Source: Phoronis australis
Lineage: Eukaryota; Animalia; Phoronida
DNA: 64,000 nucleotides
Assembly (NCBI GenBank): GCA_002633005.1
Contig: NMRA01000151.1
Location: 110,060 to 174,059 of the forward strand
Reading direction: 5' to 3'
Positions 53,044 to 64,000 of the stretch are shown piece after piece (position 1 is the stretch's first letter; each line of letters starts with the position of its first letter). A program made the translations under genes and the position numbers. Below the pieces are notes generated by a model. The model made no database searches and was not told the DNA's origin. It saw only the letters and a program-made list of their open reading frames with translations.

Positions 53044-53206
53044 CTGAATCAAACCTATCAGGGCCAACATCATATACAGTTCCTCCGGGATCAGCTGACC
53101 TGGAGAGGCCCTGTTAGCCATAGACCAGATGTGACCAAGGGCTTCCTTTGGCAAACCGCTCCGAATAAGAATGGGGTAGACCAGACTCGTGTCGATCTTA
53201 CCATCC
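53044..53206 (-). CDS. SYNRG: Synergin gamma exon, EH domain
   Basis: DGKIDTSLVYPILIRSGLPKEALGHIWSMANRASPGQLIPEELYMMLALIGLIQ carries the EH-domain signature (SGLP..L..IW). Phase 2 to 0. Confidence 0.92.
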
Positions 53207-53399
53207 CTAGAAAGAAAAATAAACTAATTCAGCGCTGTATACTAGCCTGTGGTAATTTCCTAATCACCATAAAACGCAAAGTAAAATATAAAGTTACATG
53301 CAATTTCTGGCATGTTCTTCCTCCCTAGTAACACAAACAGTGTTAAAACAAATTTCAGTCTGGTTTTGGAGAAGCATGGTACAATCAGAGTGTAGGTTC

Positions 53400-53790
53400 C
53401 GAGACAAGCTTCATATCTCTTTTTAAACAGAGGTACAAAGATTACGATCATCAAAAATGGCAAGCAATTTTGAACAATTCGATTAAGCTGGAAACTTACA
53501 GAACTTTAAAGTTTAATATATGTTTTGAAAATTATTTAGATGTAATTGACAAATGAATGTAAATGTTAGATCTGATATGGTAAGATTAGGATGTTCAGTA
53601 CATGCACTAATGATTGAAAAGGGTAGACACTTGAAACTTAACAGACCAGAAAGATTATGCCCTCTCTGCGTTAGGCCATGTGTCGAGTCAGAATATCATT
53701 TTGTTACCGAATGTCCATTCTACGATGACCTTAGGAAACGGTATTTACCTGCATGGGCCAGTGATACAAAATTTTACTCATGACCATGGA
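53400..53790 (+). mobile_element. LINE ORF2 3' fragment with C-terminal CCHC zinc finger
   Basis: SIKLETYRTLK...ENYL...HALMIEKGRH...RPERLCPLC...ESEYHFVTECPFYDDLRK. Confidence 0.8.
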
Positions 53791-55136
53791 GGAAAATCTT
53801 ATATGGTCAACATATAAAAATGTAACATTGTAAACATGTTTAGGGTAAGGTATAGATTTGTTACATACCATTTTTTATAGCCCTTAGTGGATATTAAAAA
53901 AGTGCGGAACCGTTCCGCACACTTTGAGACTAAATAATATTGTCTCATTTGAAAAAATATCGCCTTATATGTTCATTTCGCATTCAAACGAAGAAGAGCT
54001 CGTGTTAATGTTAACCTGGATTGTATTAAGAGAACTATGAAGATTATGATGTGATTATATTTTCAGATGGTACACTTAATAAATGGAAGTTTGGAAACCC
54101 CCAGGATGAAAGAAAATCGACAAACCTCTTCTGTGATGCTGAAACTGATGATGACAATTCAAGAGACCCCATGGAGGTGGGAAATGAGTCACTGGGATCT
54201 GTTTGTGATGCTCAAAGTGATGATCGAAGGACATATAATAAGGGCGCAGCAAAGTCAACAGGATCTACCCTTGATAACGAATATCATAACTATGTTACTT
54301 TGTGTCTTAAGCTACATAGTGCCACCTCCATTCTCTAGTCTTCATTATCACCATCATCACTTCAACCACAGCCTTTCAGAACCTGAGTTTTGTTAATTAG
54401 ACCATACAGACAAATGACATTGCAGTTTTTGCAGTTTAAACATCTTTAAAAATTACTGCTTTTGGATGGTAATCATTGTGTAAAAGACATTTTGTATGAA
54501 GAAAGTGAACAATTTAATTTTGAACCATCAGGTTTGGTTTTATCACATTAGTTGTAATTGTTGCTAAGGTGGTCAGATTCAAAAATTGTGGTAACTTGAG
54601 GCCTGGGAAGAGCTGTGGGATGCGCAGGATGAAATGTATATTATAAGCATTGTTTCTATGGATGTACATGTATCCTCTATTTTTGGTGCCCAACATTTGA
54701 CGTTAAAGATAACTGAGTTTTTATAGCTCCTTTCGTGCCAGATCAATATATGATAAAGTTTTCATCTGTGAGTTTTTTTTGGCGAATTCACCAAGAATAT
54801 TATTTAGGAGGGTTTCAAGGTATTTGCACAAGTGTATTTTTATCAATTTAAAAAAATTGTCATACTGCAGTTCAAGACTCAAGATACACTTTAGCGTCTG
54901 ACAGAGATAGTCACCAGCTTGCATTTCAGAATCATGAACAGATACATTTTTATGTTTTAAAGCCTGGTAAAATCTGTTGTGGATACATACACGTAGTTCA
55001 ATGGTCTTTGGATGAGTGTATTTTTGGCATATCAAGACCCTAACCTAATGTAACAAAAATGTACACGTAGTTGCGGGGCGTGCATATTGGGTGGAGAGTA
55101 TGAACATATACCCGATGGGGCATATATACTTGCGGG

Positions 55137-55233
55137 CTGTGTGTGTGTGTGTGTGTGTGCGCGTGCGTGCGTGTGTGCGTGCGTGTGCGAGCGTGTGTGT
55201 GAGTGTGTGTGTGAGTGTGTGTGTGTGTGTGTG
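55137..55233. repeat. (TG)n/(TGCG)n microsatellite
   Basis: Directly visible. Confidence 0.95.
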
Positions 55234-55705
55234 TTTTAATGATTGATTCTCTTAGTCATTATCACATGGTTATTGCTCTTCCATTATTTACAAACTAATA
55301 ACTTGAATCATGCAGGTTACTAAGCACTGCAACCAGAAAAAAGTTTCTGCAGACATGTTTGCATTGACAGTCACATCCTTCAAAAATGTTTAATATTTGG
55401 AAAGTATGTCTGGCATTGAAAATAAAAATACACACTTTGTGATCTCGAGACTGCAACATGGCGGAACCCACGGAAGTCACCATGAGTTAATTCTTTGTAT
55501 ATCATCCGGAAACAATCTTCCCCACAAAATTACCAGATTTCTAATAAGCCAACTTGGTGTTCATAATTGCAAACGAAAATGGTAAGAACCAAGTGGAGTT
55601 TGTCGAATACTTCTTCACTCAGATACTTCATCACAAACTTGCTTTATCCCATTTTTAAGCCAAATCTCTGCCTGACAAATTAATCTTTTCACAATAACTT
55701 CTCAC

Positions 55706-55880
55706 CTCATACTAGCTTCCAGGGCATGTCTGTAGAGTTCTGGAATCAGGGCTGGATCAACACACCATCTGGGTGGGGTGAACACCTTGGGTGGACCCGG
55801 GTGGGGCTGCAGATGATGACCTGGCTGGCTGACTGCCGGTTTGGGAGGCAACTTGGCTGGCTGCTGAGAGGGCAAGGGCG
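55706..55880 (-). CDS. SYNRG: Synergin gamma exon (start of EH-domain region)
   Basis: APLPSQQP...FTPPRWCVDPALIPELYRHALEASM, bounded by tgcag and gtgaga, phase 1 to 2. Confidence 0.85.
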
Positions 55881-57009
55881 CTGCAAAAGATAGGAATTGT
55901 ATGTAGGCTTTGCTAAAAAACTTACATAGGCTAAAAGAGGAGTGATTAAGTTAATTTCTGTAATTACTCATTATATAAACCAGCTCATCAATAAACACAG
56001 CTAGAGCTAGATAAGTACATCTCACACAACATTTGTACCTTGGGTACCCCTCCTTCCATAATAACGAAGATATAACTAGCAAGTTAATGGATGACTCGAT
56101 GGCCTATCTACTGGACACAACCTCAACTGAATCAGGCAAAAAATTGAGAAATTTTATTTAGCATTGCCTTTTTTGTGACTAAGCTATCTATGTCTTTTTG
56201 TTCAAAGTTAATGGATGTTTCAGTTGTCTAGTGGTCACAAAAGGTTTAAACCCCCACCACACACCAAGAAAATTTTACAGTCCAAGCACCCAACAAGAGT
56301 GTACAGATACCCACGCTCATTCTTATAAGAAAGCTTAACACCTGACGATGGCTGGGGAATGATGGAACGCAACATCCAAATGTATATGGGATAGAAGCTG
56401 GTATAAATAAACCAATAGATTTTAGAAATTATGTTACCACCTCAAAGTTGTACTAAAAAGTTATTGTTGAGATGACTATTTAAAATAAGATGTCCCCCAA
56501 ACAGCCTGAACTACATAATGCAGATAGATTACCAAAAGGAAAGGATCAGGGAAATTGTTCAATATCTAGGAACCATTTGTTGTAATTAACGATTTTAAAA
56601 AACTGTTTTGATTCACATATACAATCAATCGATGCACACAAGCACTACCAAGCACTACAATTATGATATTCAATATTAGCTGCCAATGGATAACATCAAT
56701 ACAGCTGCAGACTACAATTTAACTTGAGACTTTCTTATACCTCCAGTACTTTGAGTACATTGGACACCAGCAGCCCCTTTTACGCACAAAATTGGTTGAA
56801 GACATGATAATATTGTCTGTAGACAAATTGTGTCTTCAACCAATTTTGCCTCCAATATCTTAAGAAATGAAGACACATTCAAATTACGGTAACCATTTGT
56901 AACACAAAAACAGGGTCTATAATTAATTGCATCAGTCCTGCCAGTGCTCATCCAGGTGCCACTATGCGGGTGCTGGTAGGTCATGTGAGCCTACGTATAG
57001 CAAATATAT

Positions 57010-57392
57010 TTATCTATTTATTGTAATATTTAAAATAAGGGTGGCACTGCTTTCCAAGAGGGCCCTCGACAGCAAGATATAAAACGGTGAAATAATACAA
57101 TAAAGTAGTGAAACAATAATCACATACACGTAACAAAGATACAATTAAAACAGGTTGAGAATTCAGATAATAAATAACTGACAAAGGATGATAAAAACTT
57201 GATTAAGAGAGATGATATAAATAAAGAGAGGGTACTAAATAGCGAGAGTATTTACAATAATGAAAAATGACATAATTAAGACAGGTAAGGAGTAAGAATG
57301 GTTAAGTAAATTACAGCCACTTTTTAATATTAAGTTTGAAAGTATTAATTAAATCGGAGCGTTTAATTTCTGGGCTAAGACAGTTCCGTATT

Positions 57393-57472
<80 letters not shown>

Positions 57473-58135
57473 AATTAAAGATCTTTTGCTAGTCTCGGTT
57501 TTAACTTTCTTAAAGAAACATTACCAGCAATGGAAGAACGTGTAGAGTATATAGCTTGACTGCTACTGAATTTGCAGCTGAGATATGCTGGAGCCAAGCC
57601 ATAGACACACCTGTACATGCAACAGGCAGAGAGATATTTATTTTTTTGTTTTACTTTCATAAATCCAAGCTTGGAGTATAAGTCGTCAACCTGGGTGTCC
57701 CCAATTCTAGTACCCAGGATAGCCCTGGCGGCTCTATTTTGGATTACTTCAACTTTGCTAATAAGTGTGTTGCTGGTATGTTTCCGAACCGGTAAACAAT
57801 AATCAATATGAAGTTGAATATTTTAACTGAATGGTTAAGTGTGCTGACATTACGAAATTTATCTAGACGTTTAAGTATGCCGATTTTCTTTGATAATTTC
57901 TTAGTCATGTAACCTATGTGCATATTAAATTTAAGATTGGGATCTAAAATAAAGCCCAAGTAATTAAACTTGTCAACACTCTCTATACGAGAACAGTAAA
58001 TAGAAAGGGATTCATAGTTTCTGTTGTTTTCATTTCAGGTGGGTTCCCAACAGCGCGGACTTGGTTTTACTAGCGTTAAGAGTGAGTGTATTTTGAACCA
58101 GCCAGTCATGGATAAGGACTAGCTCATCCAGAGGG
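57010..58135 (-). mobile_element. CR1/L2-group LINE 3' fragment
   Basis: LTLNASKTKS, FNYLGFILDPNLKFNMHI...KKIGILKRL, QNRAARAILG and MYRCVYGLAPAYL; frameshifted. Confidence 0.8.
57392..57470. repeat. (GCA)n microsatellite
   Basis: About 26 perfect GCA units inside a LINE fragment. Confidence 0.95.
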
Positions 58136-58388
58136 TCACCTGAAGTGAGGGATAGCAGTATTGTTCTCCCACTATCCTTTTGACGTAATATGACCGAGGG
58201 ATTGGTCCATGATGGCAGATGCTTTTTTTGAATTCTTCATTTCTTATTAGATTGGCATGATGTTTTAGATGCTTTGATGTAATGCCATTGTCTGCTCGCT
58301 TTGTTACAATATTAGAGGTTTAAGGTTTCTGCAGGCTGTAATTGGTTACATCATGAATAGTGACCTCTTGACATGTGAGAGACATTGA

Positions 58389-59665
58389 ATAACAAGAGCA
58401 ACACGGAGCATTGAAATGTGTCCACAAATGCACCGCTAACGGTGTGCTTCTAGGGGTGTTTATTTGGAACATAAAAATGGCTACTAGATGGCGCAAAATA
58501 CGTCGAATCCATCCCAAAACTTGTATGTGTCATCAAAGTTATTTACCAAATTTCATAAAAATCCGTCAAGGAACTTCTGAGAAACAGAGGAGAACGAAAA
58601 AATGAAATTACCACTAAGAGGCTAGAGGCGAAAAAAAGTAACTGCCACGAAGAGACGCCACATTCTATAAAGTCGTCGGAAAATCATCATCAGACCTCCT
58701 CTTCACATTAAGAACAGACATGCCAATTTCCACAACCATCCTTCGAGTGGTTTGGTTGACAGAGGGGCAGATGCCAAATAACAAGACTCGAAAACAGTAA
58801 AAATGGCCACTAGGTGGTGCAAAATACCACGAATTCAACCAAAAACGAGAGGATAGCGTCAACTCATAAATAGATACCTATCTGCCAAATTTTATGAAAA
58901 TCCAATGAGGATCTTCGAAGATAGAGGTAAAATTAAAAGAAACTAAAATTGCCACTAGGGAGAACACTGGTAGTCAGATTCATCAGAAAGCCATAGTCAT
59001 ATGTTGCCAAGCTCATATCAATTCACTAAATTTAATAAAAATACTGCAGAGAGTTTTGGAGAAACAGCCATGGGCATAAAAACTGCCATTAGAGTCAACA
59101 GAAAATGATCGTCAGCCGCTTTCTTCACAGTAAAAACATATTAATTACATGCCAATTTTCAAAATCAACCCTAGAGCTGTTTGGTTGAGAGCTGGAAGAG
59201 GAAGATAAGATTTCAATTTACAAATGAATCCACTGAGATTGTTAAGTTTGTTTGAGATGAGGTTTATGCGTGGGGGTTGATAGAACAGCAGACACCGAAA
59301 ACAGACTCGAAAACACTAAAAAATGGCCACTATTTGGCACAAAGTACCTCAAATCTGTCCGAAAACAAGAGGATGGCAGCATCTCACTAATGGATGCCTA
59401 ACTGCCAAACTTTATGAAAATCCGTACACGATCTCCAAAGATACAGAGGTAAGCGTAAAAAATTAAAATTGCCACTAGGGGACACACCGGTAGTCGGAGA
59501 GGTCTGAAATTGGTCATCATCCGTTGTCAGCTTCATAGGAGCACATCTGCCAAATGTGATTAAGATCCTGTGAGGGGTTCAGGAGATACAGCTGCGGACC
59601 CTGGATGCCCAGACAAAGGTGACGGCAAAATACGACCACATGTAAATATGTGGGGACATAAAAAT
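58389..59665 (+). mobile_element. HINE-like family B, near full-length copy
   Basis: AACAAGAGCAAC head, tandem subunits, CCACATGTAAATATGTGG hairpin, CATAAAAA end. Confidence 0.75.
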
Positions 59666-60102
59666 GATATTCCATGACTAGCTAGCAGATATTACCTCAT
59701 AATGTCATTTTATCATATGATTGTGTTTTAACCAATCAGATATAAGAAAAATCAGTGCTAGTGTAATAATAAAAATTAATGGCTAGACAATAAGACTATG
59801 TCTTACTTAGCAGACATACTACGGGTACATGCAGCCCAGCCACTACCTGCACATTTAGGAAATGAAAATGTTTTTACCACTGTATGCACAGTCAAGTTCA
59901 ATCAGAAAAGACAGCAGGCACCCAGTAATCATTGTAATATATGCTAGTCTTCCACCACACGAGGCCTAATTTATGTATTTGTGTATAATAACTGTATATA
60001 GATTTCTTTGTATTTATTTAAGCCAGATATAATGCCTCTTGGCACTTTCTGGACAATGCATATTCATTGTACTGAAGATTTCGTACTAAACATTAAAAAA
60101 AC

Positions 60103-60261
60103 ATGGCGTGCACTCGATTGACTTCCCCCTGGTTCCGCCAGATCAACCCGGCTAAGGCATCTGATTGGTTCTCAGTGACAACTTCCAGTTTACAGGCCAA
60201 TCAGATGTCTTAGCTGGTTGACCTGGCAGAATCCGCAATCAAGTCAATCAAGTGCAGCCAT
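60103..60261. repeat. Imperfect palindrome of ~160 bp adjacent to a SYNRG donor site
   Basis: ATGGC.TGCACT.GATTGACTT...GCTAAGGCATCTGATTGG / CCAATCAGATGTCTTAGC...AAGTCAATCAAGTGCAGCCAT. Confidence 0.8.
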
Positions 60262-60280
60262 AAACACGAACATGTCCTAC

Positions 60281-60469
60281 CATCCAGATGAAACAGAGTG
60301 GCCAGTTCGTCTGTGTTAGTGCTGATCCACTGGCGAGCCTTCTGACTTTCCTTGAAGGTGGCGGTCTTGTGCTGTTGCGGCTGCACTTCCCGCACACTCG
60401 GCTTATGGAAGCCGCGTGGCTTCACTGGGGCATTCAAGTCTGAGCACAGCATCATCATATCCTCCAGAC
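60281..60469 (-). CDS. SYNRG: Synergin gamma exon
   Basis: GLEDMMMLCSDLNAPVKPRGFHKPSVREV...ARQWISTNTDELATLFHLD. Canonical splice sites, phase 1 to 1. Confidence 0.8.
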
Positions 60470-60606
60470 CTAGGGAACAATGAGAACCTTGACTTTGGTT
60501 GGCAGGCCACAATGAGGTACTCTTACTAAGTTAGGGAAGCTGCGTTGATAAATGAAGGCACTTTTCCTATGAAAAGTCTCTAACACAATCCATCCAAACA
60601 ATCATA

Positions 60607-61870
60607 TAACAAGAATGACACAAAGTGTTGAAATTCACCCACAAATGCACCACAAATGGTGAGCTTCAAGGGCTGTTTATTCGTATCATAAAAATGGTCA
60701 CTAGGTGGCGTATAATACATCGAATCCATCCGGAAACTAGCATGTCATTAAAGCTACTTACCAAATTTCATAAAAAGTCTGTCAAAGAACTTCTGAGAAA
60801 CCGAGGAAATCAGAAAAAAAATTGCCATTAGGAGGCTATGGGCGCAAAAAACCATAACTGCCACAACGAGGCGCTACAGTAGATGAAGTCGGAAAATCAT
60901 CGTCAATCACCATCTTCACACGAAGAACATATATGCCAATTTTCACAATCATCCTTGGGGTGATTTGGTTGATAGAGGGGTGGATGCCAAAAGCAGACTA
61001 GAAAACAGTAAAAATGGCCAACAGATGGTGGAAAATATGTCGAATCTATCCGAAAACAGGAACATGTCATCCTTTCAATAGAAAGCTATTTACCAAATTT
61101 CATAAAAATCCGTCAAGCATGTTCTAATAAACGGAGGAAAACGGAAAAAAAATTTAATTGCCACTAGGGGGCACAGTGTTTGTCAGATCTGTTTGAAAGT
61201 CGTTGTCGTTCGTTGTCAACTTCATATAAATACAATTGCTAAATTTAATAAAGATGCTTTAGAGGGTTTAGGCGGTACAGTCATGGTCGTAAAAAAAAAC
61301 ATATAACTGCCACCAGGAGGCGCCAAAGTAGTCAAGATCATCAAAAAATCATCCTCAGTCGTCCTCTTCACTTTAAGAATATACATGCCAATTTCCACAA
61401 TCATCCTTAGAGCAGTTTGGTTGACTGAGGGGCAGATGCCTAAAACAGTAAAAATGGCCAATAGGTGGTGCAAAATGTCTAAAATTACAGGTAATTGGAA
61501 AACTGAAACATAGTGTCATCTCACCAACAGATGCCTATCGCAAAGAAAGAGATGATGGCAATATGCACCCACATTAAAATATCCGGGCACATAAAAATGG
61601 CCAGAAGTGGGAAAATTATTTAACATGTTTCATGAAAATCCATTTCAGGAATTCCATCGAAATGCAGTCGTCATCTGCCTGAAATTTGTAGGAATAAACT
61701 TGCCAAATTTTACAAAGATCCTTCAGGGGTTTAGGAGATACAAAAAATGCCAACAAAAGATGCCAAAATAATCCCCACTCGTCCGAAGTAAGATCATATT
61801 AACTGATTTTTATAATGACCTTACCAATAGGTGGCGCAGAGCATGCCAAATCTGTCTGAAAATGATTTTT
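60607..61870 (+). mobile_element. HINE-like family B copy plus adjacent fragment
   Basis: Diverged head, tandem subunits, end GGGCACATAAAAA at ~61597, then more subunits. Confidence 0.65.
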
Positions 61871-61874
61871 AAGG

Positions 61875-62770
61875 TGATATATATTTATTGAAGAATACAC
61901 AAAACAAACAAAGAAATAATGACAAACCCAGAAATTGCGAAACATTATATCTGGGTTGTAGACAATTCAATAATGAAAGTAATATACATATAGGTATATA
62001 CATTTAAGTAGTATCTAATATAAGTATTCCAATATTTGGATATGCTATTACAAAGCAACATATAAAAACAAAAAAGTACAGATACGTGTATGGAAATCAG
62101 AAACAACAATTTTATAAGCGATACATAAAAATTTGCTAACGTTGCTTAAGAGGAATTCATTGAGAACAAGGTCAAAGTTGGGACTAACATTCAATAATAA
62201 TGTAACTTTAGTAGGGATGTTATTACAAGAATTGAGAGCTTTTACAACTGATTGGTTTTCATTAAGTGCATGAAAGTGTGAGTCTCTCAGATATTCGATG
62301 AGGGGACATTTGAAGAAAACATGGGGATAAGATTGATGGTCACCACATTTACAGTTTGGAGAGACATTACTACAGTTGTGCCTTAACTTGTCGGAGTTGA
62401 GGAAAAGACCGCATCTTGATCTATACAATGCTATTTCATTATGGCGGGGAAGGGAGGATTGAGTCAAGGGTGTTGAGTTATCAAAATTATGAAAAACAGT
62501 TCTGAAATTATCTTTAAACTCATAAAAGAGTTGCTTTCCTTAACAGAGACTGGAAGAGAATTCCAGTTGCTGATGCACGTCACAACTGTAGACCTTCTGA
62601 ATGCCTGACTGAACGACGAAGGAATTGCATATGGGGTGGAGGATCTCAAACTACTACGATGGCCTTGTCTAGTGTATAGATCAAATATTTTTTTGACAGA
62701 GGCATTGTTAACATTTGTTTATTACTTTAAAAGTTAATGTGGTCATGTGAAGGTTGAAAATGATAAAGCG
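61875..62770 (-). mobile_element. CR1-group LINE 3' fragment
   Basis: SNWNSLPVSVKES..F, then a C-terminal C-x-C...H-FF-C motif (SPNCKCGDHQSYPHVFFKCP); AATAAA near the 3' end. Confidence 0.75.
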
Positions 62771-62779
62771 TTGCTGTCT

Positions 62780-63058
62780 TTCCAATAGAAACCTACTTGC
62801 TAAATTTCTTAGAAATCTATCAAGGAATTCTTAAGATAGAGGCAAACTAAAAAAACTAAAATTGCCACTAAGGGGGCACAATGGTAATCATATTGACACA
62901 AAATTCATCATCATCTGTTTTCAGCTTCATAAGAACACATCTGCTGGATCTCATTAAGATCCTACAATGGGTTTATAAGATACAGCAGAGGATGTCGGAT
63001 GCCCAGACAAAGATGATGGCAGTACGCACCCACATCTGTATATGTGGCCGCAAATTTA
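62780..63058 (+). mobile_element. HINE-like family B, 3' fragment
   Basis: Subunit plus CCACATCTGTATATGTGG hairpin. Confidence 0.65.
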
Positions 63059-63426
63059 AATTACTAAGCCAATTTTCACATTGCTAATCTTGATAAGTTT
63101 CTTCTCAAGTCTAAGGCCACTCAACCTATTAGGTGTTCAAGGTTAAAGGAAAAAGGCGTTATTGATGATATTTTCACATACAATAACAATAACGGCCATA
63201 AGAGCGTGTAACTGCATAAACTCAATTTAACCCATACGGAAATGAGCACCACGCCAGGATAGTTTATTTGATTTAAATGTTAAGTTTTCTTGAAGTATGT
63301 TCCAAAACAGTCCCACTTAAGTCTTGACATGGAGAAGCTAGGAACAAGGATTTGACATTGCTTATGAAACCTCCGAAGTGCTTTCAATTGAAGAAGCCCA
63401 GCATAAGACCTAACATCCAAACTAAC

Positions 63427-63641
63427 CTTTGTTGTCATCCATTTTGCTCGGTCCATCAAGTTGGGTGGAGCTAGGCTGGGCATCCGAGGGTGTGGTCTGG
63501 CTGTCCGTATGAGCGGCACCGAGCGATGCTCCCATACTACTAGCTGCACCACTAGGAGCAGAAGGGGTGGTGGCGGGGGCTTGGAGAAAGTCGCCAAAGC
63601 CGTCATTCTGAGGCAACTGTGGAGCTGGTGGATTACCAATA
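63427..63641 (-). CDS. SYNRG: Synergin gamma, first exon visible in the window (5' boundary uncertain)
   Basis: ...QNDGFGDFLQAP... contains a gamma-ear-binding FGDF-type motif. Donor G|gttagt is phase 1, matching the next exon. Confidence 0.72.
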
Positions 63642-64000
63642 CTAATGATCATATCAATAGGCCAACAGACAAAGCTTAGAGTCATAAAAATGATTTAGGC
63701 AAGGATAAGGAGTCTGAAGTACAAGTTATAAACCAATCACGCAAAACATGTCTTCTGTGATTTCATAACATGGTACACAACGATGTCCATTCCCAAGCAC
63801 AAGAATCAGAAAGTAGAAAAGAACAGCCAAAAAACCATAACTTCTTCAAGTACAATTAGAAGGTAACATCATGATTGAAAGAAAAAAACTGCCATCAATT
63901 TGACATGAATGGACAGCCTTTCTAAAACTGGGCTGTGTCAGGGCATTCACAGTGTATCTCTCAACTTCTCTCGATAGTGGAATCCTAAAACAATTTTAAG

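Noticed and set aside
54051-54338. Plus-strand exon-like acidic ORF after TTTTCAG
   Set aside because: No recognisable homology or partner exons; it lies in repeat-like sequence, so it is not supportable as a gene.
57392-57470. Coding polyQ/polyA tract
   Set aside because: The microsatellite lies within an intronic LINE relic, not in an exon.

Overview
This is AT-rich, intron-rich animal genomic DNA, probably from a marine invertebrate (species not determinable), with three N-gaps plus a single N. Two spliced protein-coding genes lie on the minus strand. The first is the 5' part of a TENT4/PAPD5-7 (Trf4-like) non-canonical poly(A) polymerase: five coding exons from the ATG at 25389 down to 3377, apparently continuing left of the window. 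The second is the 3' part of synergin-gamma (SYNRG/AP1GBP1): twelve phase-consistent exons from ~63641 to the stop at 31180, entering from the right edge. Most of the ORF track is spurious. The introns are packed with transposable elements: a degenerate full-length mariner, four copies of a hAT-like MITE with 6-bp TSDs, a fold-back MITE with a 5-bp TSD, a pogo/Tc-like element with a HIRAN-like remnant, Penelope and LINE fragments, and many Helentron/HINE-like elements rich in CTCF-like motifs. The most striking element is a 548-bp miniature LTR retrotransposon (TRIM) at 24013-24560. It has TG...CA LTRs, a PBS, a PPT and a 4-bp TSD, and its LTRs are built around a tRNA-like Pol III promoter preceded by an inverted copy of that promoter's 5' half. 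Two apparent tandem duplications next to assembly gaps look like both haplotypes assembled in series, and each seems to expose a TE presence/absence polymorphism.
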